Source: the human T2T-CHM13v2.0 reference genome, Homo sapiens
Direction: 5' to 3' (one strand)
DNA: 64,000 nucleotides
Assembly (NCBI RefSeq): GCF_009914755.1
Contig: NC_060928.1
The notes under the pieces are model-generated. The model was not told where the DNA came from, did not search any database, and saw only the letters and a list, made by a program, of their open reading frames with translations. Position numbers and translations under genes: made by a program. This document shows positions 1 to 16,412 of the stretch, piece by piece; position 1 is the stretch's first letter, and each line of letters starts with the position of its first letter.

Positions 1-180
1 GTATCTTCACCTGGTGGGGACAGAGAAGAAGCAAACTCTCTTGTGTCTCTTCTTATAAGAGTACTAATCCCATCACAAGAGCTCCAACCTCATGGTTAAT
101 TACTTTCCAAGGGTGAAACCCTTCACCTCCAGATACCACCACTTGGGGATTAGGATTTCAATATCTGAATTTGGGGGAAT
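1..180 (-). mobile_element. MLT1A-like MaLR LTR fragment
   Basis: Typical MLT1A motifs: ttcttataagagtactaatcccatc...ggggattaggatttcaatatctgaatttggggg. Confidence 0.7.
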
Positions 181-256
181 TTAACAAATGTGCTGTCAAT
201 AGAAAAGTGTTTTTTCTGAAATGACCCCAGGGATCATGAGTGAGGCATAGAGAAAG

Positions 257-1445
<1,189 letters not shown>

Positions 1446-1977
1446 ATGTGTTGGTTACTTCTATGGTCAACTGATGCTCCATCCAGCAGGACCTTCTGAG
1501 GAGCCTTATGTAATGAATGTCAGAATTGTCCCTCTAGAAGATCCAAGGGGGAAGCATTTCCAGCAGCCCCATCCTTCATTTGTCAAGTATGCTCTATCAG
1601 TGTTAACTCTTCAGTACTTCCAGGTTACACGTGGGTGAGCACCAAGTGGCTTCCCATGGGCTTCCCATGCCACACTATGAGGTATATGACATAGCTCAAA
1701 GCAAGACTATCAGGTCGTGCCTGTACAAACCTGGTTGAAGCCTGCTCCAAACCATAGCTACAGGGATGGAAAAGAAGTACATCTGATGTAACCATATACA
1801 TCACATTTCCCATGATCTTCCTTTTCATACATGTGTACACCACTTATTATTTTCAACATAGCAATTTCCTCTTGGAGTTTTAAAAAATATTGAAATTGAG
1901 TACATTCACTATAATTAACTTCTTACTTCATGTGATAAGTCACGTTTTATTGTTAATGTGTCTATTGCTTAATTCTA

Positions 1978-2329
<352 letters not shown>

Positions 2330-3388
2330 TTATCTTTCCTTTCAATTTGAAATTCCTTAAATTAATCAAAGATTACATATTTTAGTTGATAGTACCAAAA
2401 TTAAAAACAATTTCAAATCTCCACATTGTTAATCCACATCTCTCATGTCCCTTTAGAGTCTGTGATTAAGAGAAGCAAGAGAAATTGAGCACTTTGGGGA
2501 GCATTATGAACTAAGATGAATAACCACTTCCTTTTGCAAATTAGAAATTGCAGCTGAATTCAACTGTGAGGGATGTTGAAACATTGATATTTTTCTTTTT
2601 ATTTGAATTTTATTTTAATTTTCTTTGGTTAGATGACTTCTCAAAATTGCCCTTCTGTTTCTTTAATGTTGACCTTAAATGCATGGTGGCATTATAGCTG
2701 CACCAGGGAAAAAAAGATACTACTCAAATGGGACTCCTTGACTTTGTGAATCTTTCTTTTCTGAAATTAGATGGAGAAATGTGTTGGCAGAAATGGTCTT
2801 TAAGAAAAAGGCAGTGACTCAACTTCTGAAGTGAAGCCAGGTTCTCAGGCTACAGGGTGCTGGGGTGGGCAGAGAGAAAACTCATTTCAGTAGAGTACAG
2901 GAAGTTACTTAATGCTGCTTATGAGTCAGAAGAGGGTAGAATCAGTTATGATTGAACTCTCTTTAGTTCCACCTAAATGCAGATAGTTTAACATGTGTAT
3001 AAAACATATATGTGTGTATTTTTATTCATCTGTGTCCTATGTTTTGCTTTGATAGGAACCTCCCAACCCCCATCCCTTTTCTTCTGTTTGAGTCCAATAG
3101 TAATGAGTCACTGACACCTATTGCTTTGAAAGTAAGGACTTTCTAGGTCAGAGATTTTTTTTTCAAATATTACTATACATTTCCCTTTATTCAGTGCCTT
3201 TAGTGGGATCACATACAGAGGTCTGTATTTCAAAGAATTCTTGATTTGAGAAAAAAAGAGATAATCTATGTTCACAACACATCTGGTCTGTGCTAGGCAC
3301 TTTATATACTGTCTATTTAATCCGTAAGCACATAGTAGTCTTCACTCTGAAAAACAAGAAAATGGATACAGGGGCTCTGTTATGTTAA

Positions 3389-4386
<998 letters not shown>

Positions 4387-5990
4387 TTAAGAGACTTCCT
4401 CAACATTCTTGGAAGTGGCAGAACTGAGACTAGAACCAAAGTCTGCCTCTTCACATAACCCTTGATTTTTCTACGCCACTATACTTCCTCTATATCTTCA
4501 CAGTCCTTGCCTTTGCCAAGGTCCAATGCTGTGGCATTGGCCAGGTCACTACCTCTTGGTGTTCTTTCTTCTGAAAAATCTGGTACTTAGAATCCATGCC
4601 AGTTCAAACATTCTAAGAATCTTTAAGATACTGACCAGGTGCAGTGGCTATTTGTATTTGTATGTTATTTTATTTTTTTGTGTCGGGGCTCTCGGGGCCT
4701 GGCCACTGAAAATTAAAATTTGAATATTCATAAGCCATGCTTGATACTACCAGGACTGTTCCTTTTCAAACATTGATTATTGCCCCATTTTTCAGAGACT
4801 TGTTCCTTTGTTTGGATATTTAGAAATATTTTCCACAAGCAGAGAGGTCTTGGATAATCTGTATTCAGATGGAAATGGATTTAGGGTCTCTATCTGACAG
4901 TGGGCTTTCCTTTTCTGCTGTCAGGCCAGAATGTCTTGGGAAATTTTTAGGGAATTCTTCTAGATATAACTATTCCGCTAAAGAGAACAGAGAAGGATTT
5001 GTGGCTTCTATCCTTCTCTTTCATTGGAAGGAAAAAAGGAATTGGTAAGCAGCTGAAAAAAGCAGTATACTATCCCAATACCTGTAGTTTCATTACTGTA
5101 TTTATAAATTGTTCCACCTTAACTTATAAAAGGTGCTCATGCATTCTCAATCTAGGTGACATTTCTGCTAATTTCAAGATAAGTTATTTCTGTTGGAGAT
5201 GTTCTTTCATATAGCATTAAAATATAATTTTTCCAGATGCCATTACTACTTTAAAAGCACTTTAAGCTCAATTCTGTTTTCCTTCTTGGAGGAGAAAGAA
5301 CCCAACTTTCAAAAGGTACCAGTGTGACAGAAATCTTGCGACGGTTGATGTGAAGAGCTTACTTCACAAAAGCAAAAGCACAAGAACTCTCTGATCAACT
5401 CCGTTCCTTTTGGTCTATTAGTCTACATTTTAAAACATACCCATTGTGAAAATTGAAGTAGAAAATGTGATCATTGCCAATTTCTCTTTGATAAGGTAGT
5501 GGAGAAATTTTAAAAAGACAAAAGGCAAAGAAATGAAAATTAATATAGGACAAAGGAATGCAAAGATTATTTCTTAAAGTTCTATTAATAATACTCCTAG
5601 CCTGTTGAGGTTGAAAGAGATAAAGTATCAGGCTTTGTATAAAATTTTGCTTTGCAGTTACATTTCTGTCCTTGAAATTAGAAGCCAAGATTCAGTGTTC
5701 AAATTATGAGGGCAATTTAGCTCAAAATGTATCTGAATCGAAACTTTTTGCTAAATACTTATCAGTTAGATTCTAACAGAATGATGATTTTGTTTACTAA
5801 AAATCTCTTCTCTCTAGGTAAAATTGAGACAACTATTGAGACAACAGTAGTTAATTAACCCCCTAATTGTCTATTGAATTGAAATTAGGATTTAATTAGG
5901 TCTAAATAGAGGAGAAATTGAATAGGCTATGTTTATTTAAATTAGCCCCCAAATAATTCTGCAACACAGAGCAAAAGAATAAGCAGAGAG

Positions 5991-6468
5991 CAGTGTCCAC
6001 CTAGCTGCCAATGTAAAAAGTAAGTATTCCTTTCACACATATTATTTCCAGACCTGATATATACAAACTTATTGTATATAAGCTTTTGTTGCTCTCTGTT
6101 GTTGCAGAAAGCAACAAAATTTTTAAAATAAACATAATTAATACTACAACTATTACTCATGACTATTGATACTTCTACTAATAAAAATTACATTTTATTG
6201 TGCCCAACCACATGTCAGCCCCTGTGAGTAATGAAATATTGTTTCTTGGTAGTGCCAAATGTTCGTTTTCTTCCTACTTTTTGTGTTCTAATTTGTGTTT
6301 CTGGAGGTTTTGCAAATTAGCCTACTCTTCACAACAGTTGCACATGACTGGTGAGTAAGATTTTAGGTTATTAAACAATTCATCTTCATCTTAAGCTTGT
6401 ATATATCAGGTGTGGAAATAATATGTGTAAAAGGAATACATTTTACGTAGACAACTAGATGGACACTG
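5991..6468. repeat. Inverted repeat with ~80-bp arms (5991-6071 and 6392-6468) and a ~320-bp spacer
   Basis: cagtgtccacctagctgcc...gtattcctttcacacatattatttccagacctgatatatacaaactta against the reverse complement of taagcttgtatatatcagg...ggacactg; the inner 48 nt match at 45/48. Confidence 0.9.
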
Positions 6469-6491
6469 AACTCTAGAATTGTGGGATATAT

Positions 6492-7385
6492 ATTTTTTAA
6501 TTTCCAACTTTTAAGTTCAGGGCTACATGTGCAGGGTGTACAGTTTTGTTACATAGGTAAACGTGTGCCATGGTAGTTAGCTGCACGGATCCACCCATCA
6601 CCTAGTATTAAGTCCAGCATGCATTAGCTATATTTGATGCTCTCCCTCCCCACAACCCCGACCCCAACAGGCCCCAATGTATGTTGTTCCCCCTCGTTGT
6701 GTCCATGTGTTCTCATTGTTCAGCTCCCATTTCTTATAAGTGAGAACATGCAGTTTGGTTTTCTGTTCCTGTGTTAGTTTGCTAAAGATAATGGCCTCCA
6801 GCTCCATCTATGCCCCTGCAAAGGACATGACCTCATTCCTTTTCATGGCTGCATAGATTTCCACAGTGTATATGTACCACATTTTCTTTATCCAGTTTAT
6901 CATTGATTCCATGTCTTTGCTATTGTGAATACTGCTGCAATGAACATACACATGCTCATGTCTTTATAATAGAAATATTTCTATTCCTTTGTGTATATGC
7001 CCAGTAATGGGAATGCCAAGTCAAATGGTATTTCTGCCTCTAGGTCTTTGAGGAACCACCACACTGTCTTTCACAATGGTTGAACTAATTTACACTCCCA
7101 CCAACAGTGTAAAAGTCTTCCTTTTTCTCCACAACCACACCAGCATCTGTTGTCTTTTGACTTTTAAGTAATAGCCATTCTGACTGGTGTGAGATGGTGT
7201 CTCATTGTGGTTTTCATTTGCATTTCTCTAATGATCAGGGATCTTGAGCTTTTTTCCATGTTTGTTGGCTGCATGTATGTCTTCTTTTGAGAAGTGTCTG
7301 ATCATGTCCTTTGCCCACTTTTTAATAAAATTGTTTGTTTTTTTCTTGTAAGTTTGTTTAAGTTTCTTATAGATGCTGGATAATT
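6492..7385 (-). mobile_element. 5'-truncated L1PA (about L1PA10-13-like): ORF2 end and 3'UTR
   Basis: Reverse-strand L1 3'UTR; the ORF reads [22 protein letters not shown]; ~20-bp TSD tgaactctagaat(t)gtggga at 6467 and 7391. Confidence 0.9.
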
Positions 7386-7529
7386 GATAATGAACTCTAG
7401 AATGTGGGAGATTTTTAATAAAAGAAAATTTAATTAAATTTTCAAACAAAAAGTTTAGCTTTATTTAAATAATTTTTATTTGAATGTTTGTTATTCATTA
7501 ATATTATTTTACATCTTAATGCTTATTAT

Positions 7530-7567
7530 TTTGAATATTTAGAAGAAATTTGAATATTTAGAAGAAA
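7530..7567 (+). repeat. 19-bp tandem duplication
   Basis: tttgaatatttagaagaaa occurs twice in tandem. Confidence 0.9.
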
Positions 7568-8234
7568 ACTAATTTAACATATAGAAATAACTTTAATGTT
7601 TGGAATTTTTACACGGTAAGTCATATTTGTGTAAAAATCTATTAAAATATTTGTATACTTTGAATACGATTGCCTTTATTTTTTTAATCATTTAGACCCT
7701 GTTAGAAGAACAAAAATTGTAAAGAAATTTTGATGGCAAAGCCATAATTAGCACCTTCACTACAATAAAGATTTTTTTAAATTTGGAAGTAATACAGAAT
7801 TATTTATAATTTATGCACATCTTCATTTTATTACTCATTCAAATATTGCCAACCAACATAATAATCACATTTATGCAGTCATGGTTAAAATTCACACATC
7901 TTTGCTATTTTGCTGATAAACTATAGCTTTACACATTTAAAAAATTTTATTGTGATTAAAGAATCATTTGTCAGGGTGAAAATGTAGAACATATTTTTAA
8001 AAATTGTTTGTACTGTTATTTGAAACTTCTAAAGATTTAGAATCACAGTTAAGATGACTTCCATTTGCATTCTTTACTAAGCTCTGCAAATGTTAAGGGT
8101 GGACCTGGAAGGAAGCACTTCCACTTTGGCAATTTCTCCAAATCTCAAACGCTAGTGCCAGAAGGGATCTTAGACATCCCCTAATCCAACCTCTTTATTT
8201 TACAGATGGGAAAGCATGATGACTGGCTATAACC

Positions 8235-8947
8235 CTGTGCCAAACCATAACGTTTTCTGAGGAGGACCAGGAAATGGAGCTCCGTGAAGCAGCCAGAGGG
8301 TCATGATCTGTGAGCCCAGCTGAGGGATGCCCAGGTCTTCTGTTGCAAACAGCTCACATGTCTTAGACAGAAAGTGCAGGCCCTGATAGCTGACTGAGTG
8401 AGACTAGCCTGTTCATGAGGCTTGTAGGCAGCTTGCACTGGCCATGGGCCAATAAGCAGGAGCCCTCACCAGTTGCTGCCTATCTCTCACTTGTGTATGT
8501 TTTAACAAGGCATTGCATTTGTAAGTGTATCAATATAAGACAATTCTAGAAGAGTTAATTACAAAGGAAGTAACACTACCCCTGTAGATAGTGCAGAACC
8601 CTTGCGCTAGAAGCAGCCAAGTTGGTACCACTGGGAGAGAAGCGGCCAGAACCCAGGAGAGAGATTAAAATGGGGAAGGGCGGACTAAGAGGGGCAGTGG
8701 TCTTGGGTGGGGAAACAAACCTAAAATGATTTCACAAGGAAAGAATGAGGGGGAATAGTTCTCTTATTTCATTTGACATGTCCCTCTGATCCCCAACCAG
8801 GGCTTTCCATTGGTGAAATCCACCTGGAAGTGAGAGGGTCAGAGACCTTGAAGATGCAGTCCTTATCAGTCAGCACTCCAGAGCAGAGAGGAGGTGAAAA
8901 GGGGTGGAAATGGATTTGAAGGGGCACATGGATGATATTTGTTACAG
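8235..8947 (-). mobile_element. Old ERVL-class LTR remnant next to a MIR fragment (8160-8215)
   Basis: ccattgg...ggaag...agaggg...gatgcagtcc...gtcagc...gggtgga...ggatttgaaggggca is a motif of LTR33/41-type LTRs. Confidence 0.4.
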
Positions 8948-9039
8948 AAAATGAGGCTTCTCATCATGTATTCTGGAGCTTTTCATTGTCTTGCTAATCA
9001 GAAAAAGTAACAAAATGCAGTGGGGGCAGGGAATCAGTA

Positions 9040-10615
9040 TAGTATCACCCTAACACCTGAACAAGCAGGGCCCCGGCTCAAGAGCCCTGTGCTATGAAGT
9101 GCCATTCTTGACATTTCTAAGACCCTCTGGTGCCTGGGACCAGCTGGCAGAGGCACAAGGGCAGAATGCTCTGAGCTCAGGGCTCTGTGGGTTCTGGTCT
9201 TTGCATCTTCCTATTTGGGGCAGTCTCTGATTCTCTTTCCCATACAAGGCATCAACAGATGCCCGGATTTATGCCTGAGGTGTTGTCCCCAGGCTCTCTG
9301 GTCAGGCCCTGGTTCTAGGAGGATGGCCTGGTAAGCAGCTCTCTACTGACTGCTTGCTTTCTTTCATGTGATCACAAGAAATTGGGCTATACCATGGTGC
9401 TGGCACACTCACACGAAGTACCTTTTGCTCTGGAAAGATGCAGGGTGAGCTCAGTCAGGCCTCTGGTCCACTGTGGATTCTTGGCCTATGGCTGCATTCT
9501 TGGCCTTTCACCAGCCCAAATTCCATCCAGGATCCACCTCTTGTCTACAGCACTTGAGGGTGGTGAGAGTGGCAGAAGGCATCCTTCCTTTAGCTTATGT
9601 GAGACCCAGGGAGGTCACCCCACCCTCTCAGCAGGCTTCATGCCACATATGGTTGACAGTCACAGTGCAGGCTGCACCTATCTAGTCTGAAAGTGTTAAA
9701 GACCAGTGACTGCTATTCCAAAGGGCCCTTTTATTCCATGTCCTCTCTTGTCTCTAATTGATATTATGATGTTGTTCTCTCAGGTCTTAAATCATGTCAT
9801 ATGAGGGAGTCCATTTTTTGCACATATAAGAATGCCCTTCTCACTCCACTCACTAGCCCCTTGCTTATACCTCTTGTTGACAGCAATGTATAGAGGAAAG
9901 TGTGCAGGTGACATTGAAAAAGTGATAGTTTTAAGAAGACAGTGATTATCGTCTAAAGAGTTTATAGGAGATACAGTTGGAAGACATGCTTTTGCTACAA
10001 AGTTCTGAATGGCAAATTTAACATGACCATCAAACAAATTATTGCTCATATTTTTTGCACAGATGGGGCAAGGCTTGCATTTGTGGGCCTCATTAACAAA
10101 GCACAGAAACAAACCCTTTCAGAGTCGCTGGAAGGCAACATCCATGGGTGGCATGATGGATAATATAGCATCAAAGGTAATGATCTAACCAGCAGTAAAC
10201 AAATGGCAATGGGCAACAACAGAGGCAAGAATAGCTATATTTTCCCACATGAAACAGATTCTAAAGATCCATCACATTTTGAGTAATAACAGCATTACTA
10301 TCATTTGCTTGTGGTAAGAAATATGAAATTAGCCAGAAACTGCACATTTGTCAATAAAGAACATTTAAAAAATGGTTTCCGGATCTGAACAAGACAATGC
10401 CTGGACACCACAAAGAATCTTCAGTACACTGATTGGATCATATGCAAATACCTAAGTACCTCTTCTCTACCCATTATTCTAAATCTTCATCAATAAAACA
10501 CTGTAACTTGCAAGGACTGATGAATCTTGCAGTCTATTTTTAATCAGAATGTTAATAAGGACAGGGACCATACAAAAATTATTTGCATGGGGCCTGTATA
10601 ACTTAGAAGCTCTGG
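9040..10615. mobile_element. Probable hAT-Tip100 DNA transposon remnant (FordPrefect/MER45-like)
   Basis: GC-rich terminal motifs cagggccccggctc...gccctg and tttgcatggggcctg resemble Tip100 ends; the family call is tentative. Confidence 0.35.
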
Positions 10616-10717
10616 GGGACCTTATAAGTAGCTTCCTCCCTTAGTGTCCAGGGACGGGGCAAGGGTAATGCTAACTACCAAAGGGGTATGATGCTGATGT
10701 GGGAAGATGCCTAGATA

Positions 10718-11263
10718 TGTATCTGGAATTTTTTCTTTTAATCAGATGTGCCAAGGTGGCAGCCATAGAGACAACTACCTTTGAAGAAAGAGTTTTATTA
10801 CTCACAGTTCCCAAGTGGAGGGGCATGCCATGCCATACAAGGCCACACACAGGGAAGCACCAGCTTCGATCAGAAGGCAGAAACAATGAGCAGAAAGTAT
10901 GGGCAAAGGGCTTTTATTGTGGTTTTGGGGGGAAAGGAAAAGTCGAGGCAAGGTAAGCAGTTGAGGACTGGCTAGTTTGAAAAATTTCACTTGACTCCAT
11001 AATATAGGGGTGGTCCCTAGCTATCAGTTCCTGGTCCTAAGTTGATTTAATGCAGGGGAAATACTAGTTTGGTGTGTGAGAGTTAAAGAAAGCAGGTGGT
11101 TTAGGGTATGGGTTTTGGATTGGTTGGTTTGCATATGAAAGACAAGTTGTTTACTCTCTATAGGAATTAGCTAGCCATGGGAGGGGCAGATTTTCTAGCA
11201 TTAGCAAGAACCCAAGATATCAAAGATCATAAAAGACAGAAAGTTAAAAATATGACTAACACA
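10718..11263 (-). mobile_element. MER74-like ERVL LTR
   Basis: The reverse complement of 11263 backwards resembles the MER74 5' end (tgtgttagtcatattttt...ctttgatatcttgggttcttgct...ctgcccctcccatggctagctaattccta). Confidence 0.7.
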
Positions 11264-11271
11264 TAAGAACG

Positions 11272-11860
<589 letters not shown>

Positions 11861-13645
11861 AAACAAACTTGTTAAACCTTAAAATGATTTGAAATAGGTA
11901 CATTGCAATAGCAACTTTGTATAAAAACAATGAAAGGTTTTTCCCCTAACAGCAATTTCTTAACAATCACATTTGGTCTATTTTATTCTCATTAGATAGT
12001 GAAAACAGTATCTCCAAGTTCATCTGTTCTTTTCAGTGGTTCAAAGCAGCACTGGTTAGCCCTCTATGTAATGAAGCCAGCCAAAACTGCATAAAAGTTT
12101 ATTAAACAAGCCACATCCTCAAGAATATTTGATTTGGGCTTTCCAAATCACTGACAATTTAACTGCTCTGCGTTTTTGTTTGTTTGTTCATTTGTTTGTT
12201 TATGCAAGACTATATTTAATCTGAGATATAAGATGAAATTTTCCCCGGGACACCAAAAGCACCATGGGTTTCCTTTGATGTCATTTGTGTTATGAGTTTA
12301 ATAATTCATTGACATTTCAGAAATGAAAGTTTTGGCCTCAACTCTCTTCAAAAGATGGAGCCCATTAGGTCAACAGGCAGATCAAGGGACTGAGGAGACT
12401 GCTGCTGACTTTCAATTTCCTCTTAGCCTAAGGGGTCTCTTTCACCCAGGAGAGGATAAAGACGAAGTGCTGCAGTCTAAATAGAAAATCAAGTGGAGAA
12501 AATGTGGGGCTCTATTTTCATTATTTGTCTAAGAAAAATAAACCTCTCCATGTCCATCTATGTTTTTAGTTTATTACAGTTCTTTTCATGCAAAGTGTTT
12601 TGAAAGAATAGAGTCCACAGTCCATTTGTCATTGTAGAGTTAAAGTGCTTTAGGCCTTGTCTCCAAGTGTATCTGGTTTAGACCTCATGTCCATAGTCAC
12701 GAACACAAAACCATGAACTCTGGAAGAAAAGTCATGGTGGTATTGACCTTGGAGACACTAACTAGCTCAGCTTGAAATTCTTGAATATTGTGAAACCTGC
12801 ATTTGATACAATAGGGGTGATGCACCACCACATTATCATAGATGTAAACACATGACTGTGGCTTACTGGTAGGAATAAGGTTTTCTCTCCATTTCTAACC
12901 TTAGCCAGATCATTATTAGAAGGTCATAAAATAGGCTAATTTGGAGATACCATAATTAAAAATGAGAAACCTAAGGAATATTCAGAAGGCAAAAGCAACT
13001 ATAAACTTGGGAATATCCTTTGATGAAGGCTTGAAGGTACACTGGATTAATAGAGAAGTTTGAAAGAGACTTAGTTATAGTTTTCAAACTGTAGAAGGTT
13101 TTGAACAGGAGACAATGATTTTTTTTCCTTCTCTTCCGGATAGGCCTTTAATACTCAGCTTGAATTTTTTTCTTTCCATCTTCTCCCCAACTCTCTATTC
13201 TTTGAAACTTCAAAACCAATTGTTTGTTAAAGATTTAGGTTGCACATTTTCCTGTCAGTTAAACCACACTCATGAAACATGCAGAACCTTATAAATGCCA
13301 CTCAATCACTAAAATCTATAATTTCTTTATCCACTCAACACACATTTTAGTCATTCCTTCCTTCAGTCTGGTGGGGGGGTCCTTCTTCTCAGCTACTTGA
13401 CAATCTTCCCACCCCAGGGTCACCTCTCTTGCCCACCTGACTTCCAGGCCCTGCTGGGCTGGCTTTTCAGCCTCCAGGTTTCTCTTCTTTCCGTAGTTGG
13501 AGATTGTGTAATCGCTGCTGCAATCAAGTCTAGCTGAACCGCCAGGTCTTCTTCACAAGTTTATCAAATTAATCCTGTGACCTGGGGCAAATTACTTAAA
13601 CTCTCTCAGTCTCTCTAAACTATAAGGGGGGATATTAGTAGCACC

Positions 13646-15387
13646 AAATGAAGCTCCTGCTTTAGGGCCCTTCATTTGCCTGGGAGGAAGGCAAGCTCTG
13701 GGAGGAAGGACCAGAGCAATGTATTTTCTAAGTCATGTCTTTTTAACATTTTGCAAAAGTGCTTTTTTTCTTTTTTTCTGTCTGTCTTCTTCTGTTGTAA
13801 TTCCCCTCCACTGGATGGTATCTGAAATGGTCATAACAATTTTTGGGTCCAGCTACAGGGAAGTTTAGTTGGTGATACATTCAACTTGAGTATAGAAAAA
13901 TATATTTATGTGTTTCACAATTGCTTTCATGTATGATTAAATTTTGCTGGCTATCCCCACCTAGAAATGTCTGCCTGCAATATTTTTGCTGCCACATGTG
14001 GCAACTCACCAGGTTATTATGGGAGAAAGATGCAGGACCTGTGGTCATGGCAAAATAGAAACATCTTCTACAGAGCCTGGCATCAGAAGTACATAAATGC
14101 AAAAGGAAAACCAAGATGTGAAGTGTACAAAGCCTGAAGATAGTCTGTGGAAAACTCTTCCCATCAGGTACAAAAAAGCAGAGGATTCAGATCCAATAGA
14201 GATCAGTTTGAATGGAAGGTATTGACTATCAGGGATATATTCAGTAATACAGCAAATACAAATGTGAATGCACCTATGCTTTCTGCCTTATTTTGATAAA
14301 AATTGTGCAAAATAAATCTTACCTGAATTCCTATGCTTGTAGGACACAAACCAATAGCAGCACTGTTAAAATAAATACCATTTATATCTGTGACAAACGT
14401 TAAGGAAGCCTGAAAAGTTTTCCCAAAATTTGACAACAATACTAAAAAATTATATTGCTAAGATAAGTTATCACTTTATGAATAATGAAATTAACAAACC
14501 ATTCTTGACATTGGTGACATCACCAATATGAGTTGTGAAGTTGAAACTTTTCTAAATCAACAATAATAAATATTTTTTTTTATCAAGCATGTTAGAGGGA
14601 ATTTTCTATTCTGTCTGAATCAGTTATCTATTGCCTCAGTAGTGCTGTGTAACAAATGACTGCAACACCTCAGTGGCATTCAACAATAAACATACTGTTT
14701 ATGAGAATGAAGTCAGATGGGAGTTGACCAGATGGCTCTCTTGATCTTAGCTTGGTTTTCTCCTTTTCTGTGGGTAGGTTACCAGTAGGTTGATCTAGGC
14801 TGGCTTCAGCTGACAACCAGGGTGACTGGGGTATGCTGCACTTATCTAAGCTGGTCTAAGTACATTCTTATCAAAAGGCAGAGGTGTGAGAGAGAGGAAG
14901 GCCAACTGTGCAAGCACTTTTCAAACCTTCAGTTGCTTCACATTTGTTAACATCCCATTAACCAAATCCAATCACATGGTTAAGCCCAAAATCAAAGTAG
15001 GTGAGCACCACAAAGTTATATGACAATGGTGAGGATATTAGCAGGGCTGAAAATGGGGGCCATCTCTGAAATTTAATGCTCTCTATAAATAATACTACAA
15101 CAATATTGTTACATGAGGAGGTGATCAAAGATTATGCAGCTAAAAATTTATGGATAAACTGTTGTATATGTATATTAGCAATTATTTAATAAAATGATAA
15201 TGCTGATTTTGTGATGGTTCTTGTATTCATCATCTTTTTTAAAAATGTATACTTTATAGTGATTTCTCATTTTAAATGAATAGTTGTGATTGTATCTCAT
15301 TTTGTTTTTGCAATTTCATGTTCTTTTCCTTAAGGAGGGACCCAAATATTTGAAATTCAAGCACCACAAAACTTGAATTCACCCCTG
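13646..15387 (+). mobile_element. Zaphod-like hAT-Tip100 DNA transposon with a decayed transposase C-terminus, inserted in a MIR
   Basis: Ends aatgaagctc...ttagggccc and ...ccacaaaacttgaattcacccctg; frameshifted hAT dimerisation-domain remnants FP.NLTTILK / SCEVE..FSK / EEVIKDYAAK at ~14415-15145; MIR halves at 13572-13645 and 15388-15455. Confidence 0.75.
14616..15078 (-). mobile_element. MLT1H/J-like MaLR LTR nested in the Zaphod transposase remnant
   Basis: atcagttatctattgcc...gtaacaaa...ctcagtggc...aacaataaaca; acatcccattaaccaaa...tcacatggttaagcccaaaatcaa. Confidence 0.7.
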
Positions 15388-15756
15388 CCTACCTCATGAA
15401 GCGGTTGTGAAGATTGAAGGAATCTGCATATGTAAAGCACATAACACAGTAAATGGGAGCCATTGAAGCTGCTGAAATTTCTGCTCTGGTTGTACTCATC
15501 ACACTCCATGGAGATTTCCTCCTAACTTAGTCTCTTTTCTTATCAGATTGCAGAGGCTGTTGACCCCATCACCTAGAACATGCTTGGCATTCAGGCAATG
15601 TATACATGTTAAATAAAGAAGTAAGCCTTTTTCTTGCTAAGCCCAAGAGCATATTCTCTGTCTTTATCTTTACAAACCTCTCTGTAGCATTTGAAACTAT
15701 TGATCACATCTGACATTATTTGACTGCTCACTGTGGACCAGGCACTGTGCTAAGTA

Positions 15757-15860
15757 TTAGGTTGGTGCAAACCTAATTGTGATTTTTGCCATAATGGCAT
15801 AAGTGTTAGGTTGGTGCAAAACTAATGGCAAAAACCGCAATTAGTTTTGCACCAACTTAG
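15757..15860. mobile_element. MADE1 (Hsmar1-derived MITE), rearranged, inside a minus-strand MIR (15720-15995)
   Basis: TIR ttaggttggtgcaaa...aatggcaaaaaccgcaattagttttgcaccaacttag; TA on both sides; an extra TIR start at 15806. Confidence 0.88.
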
Positions 15861-16412
15861 TAATTTATATGCATTTTCTAATTTAATCTTCAAAACAACC
15901 TTATGAGGTAGGCACCTGACTTTTGGAGAAACTAATTAGCATATCTAATGCCATTCAAGTAGTAAGTGGTAGAGGCAGATTTCTAACACAGAATATGTAA
16001 CCAAGCCCATGGGATTACATTTCCTTCTATATATGTTCAGTATGATGCAGTGGAAAAGGTACTAGAGTCAAACAACTGCTAGCATCTTTTGAGAACAACT
16101 CTCTGAGTAAGTGCTCTTGTTGGTATTCTTCTATTTTCATGAGGAAGTAGTGCTGAGAGAGGCTAATTCCTGTTGCAGCGGCAAATAAGAGGTAGAAACA
16201 TGCCTGCCTTCAGAGGATACACTCCTAACTACTCTGCATTTCCACTTCCTACCATCTTGAAGGATTCTTCTTGTGTGGCAATGTACATGATTTCACCTGA
16301 CATTAAGAGAAGCAAACTAAGTGACATTAGGTGGATGTTTCCATTGAGCAATTGTTTCAAGAACTGTGTACAGACACACAAAGGTATATTTTCATATCAA
16401 GAATCCTATAAG

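Noticed and set aside
5290-5460. Possible small exon (a few CpGs, minus-strand GTAAGC donor)
   Set aside because: No good acceptor or recognisable reading frame; isolated splice-like motifs are common.
9382-10228. 100-aa ORFs including a CKPCPIC motif
   Set aside because: They lie in a probable decayed DNA transposon, with no recognisable domain and no splice support.
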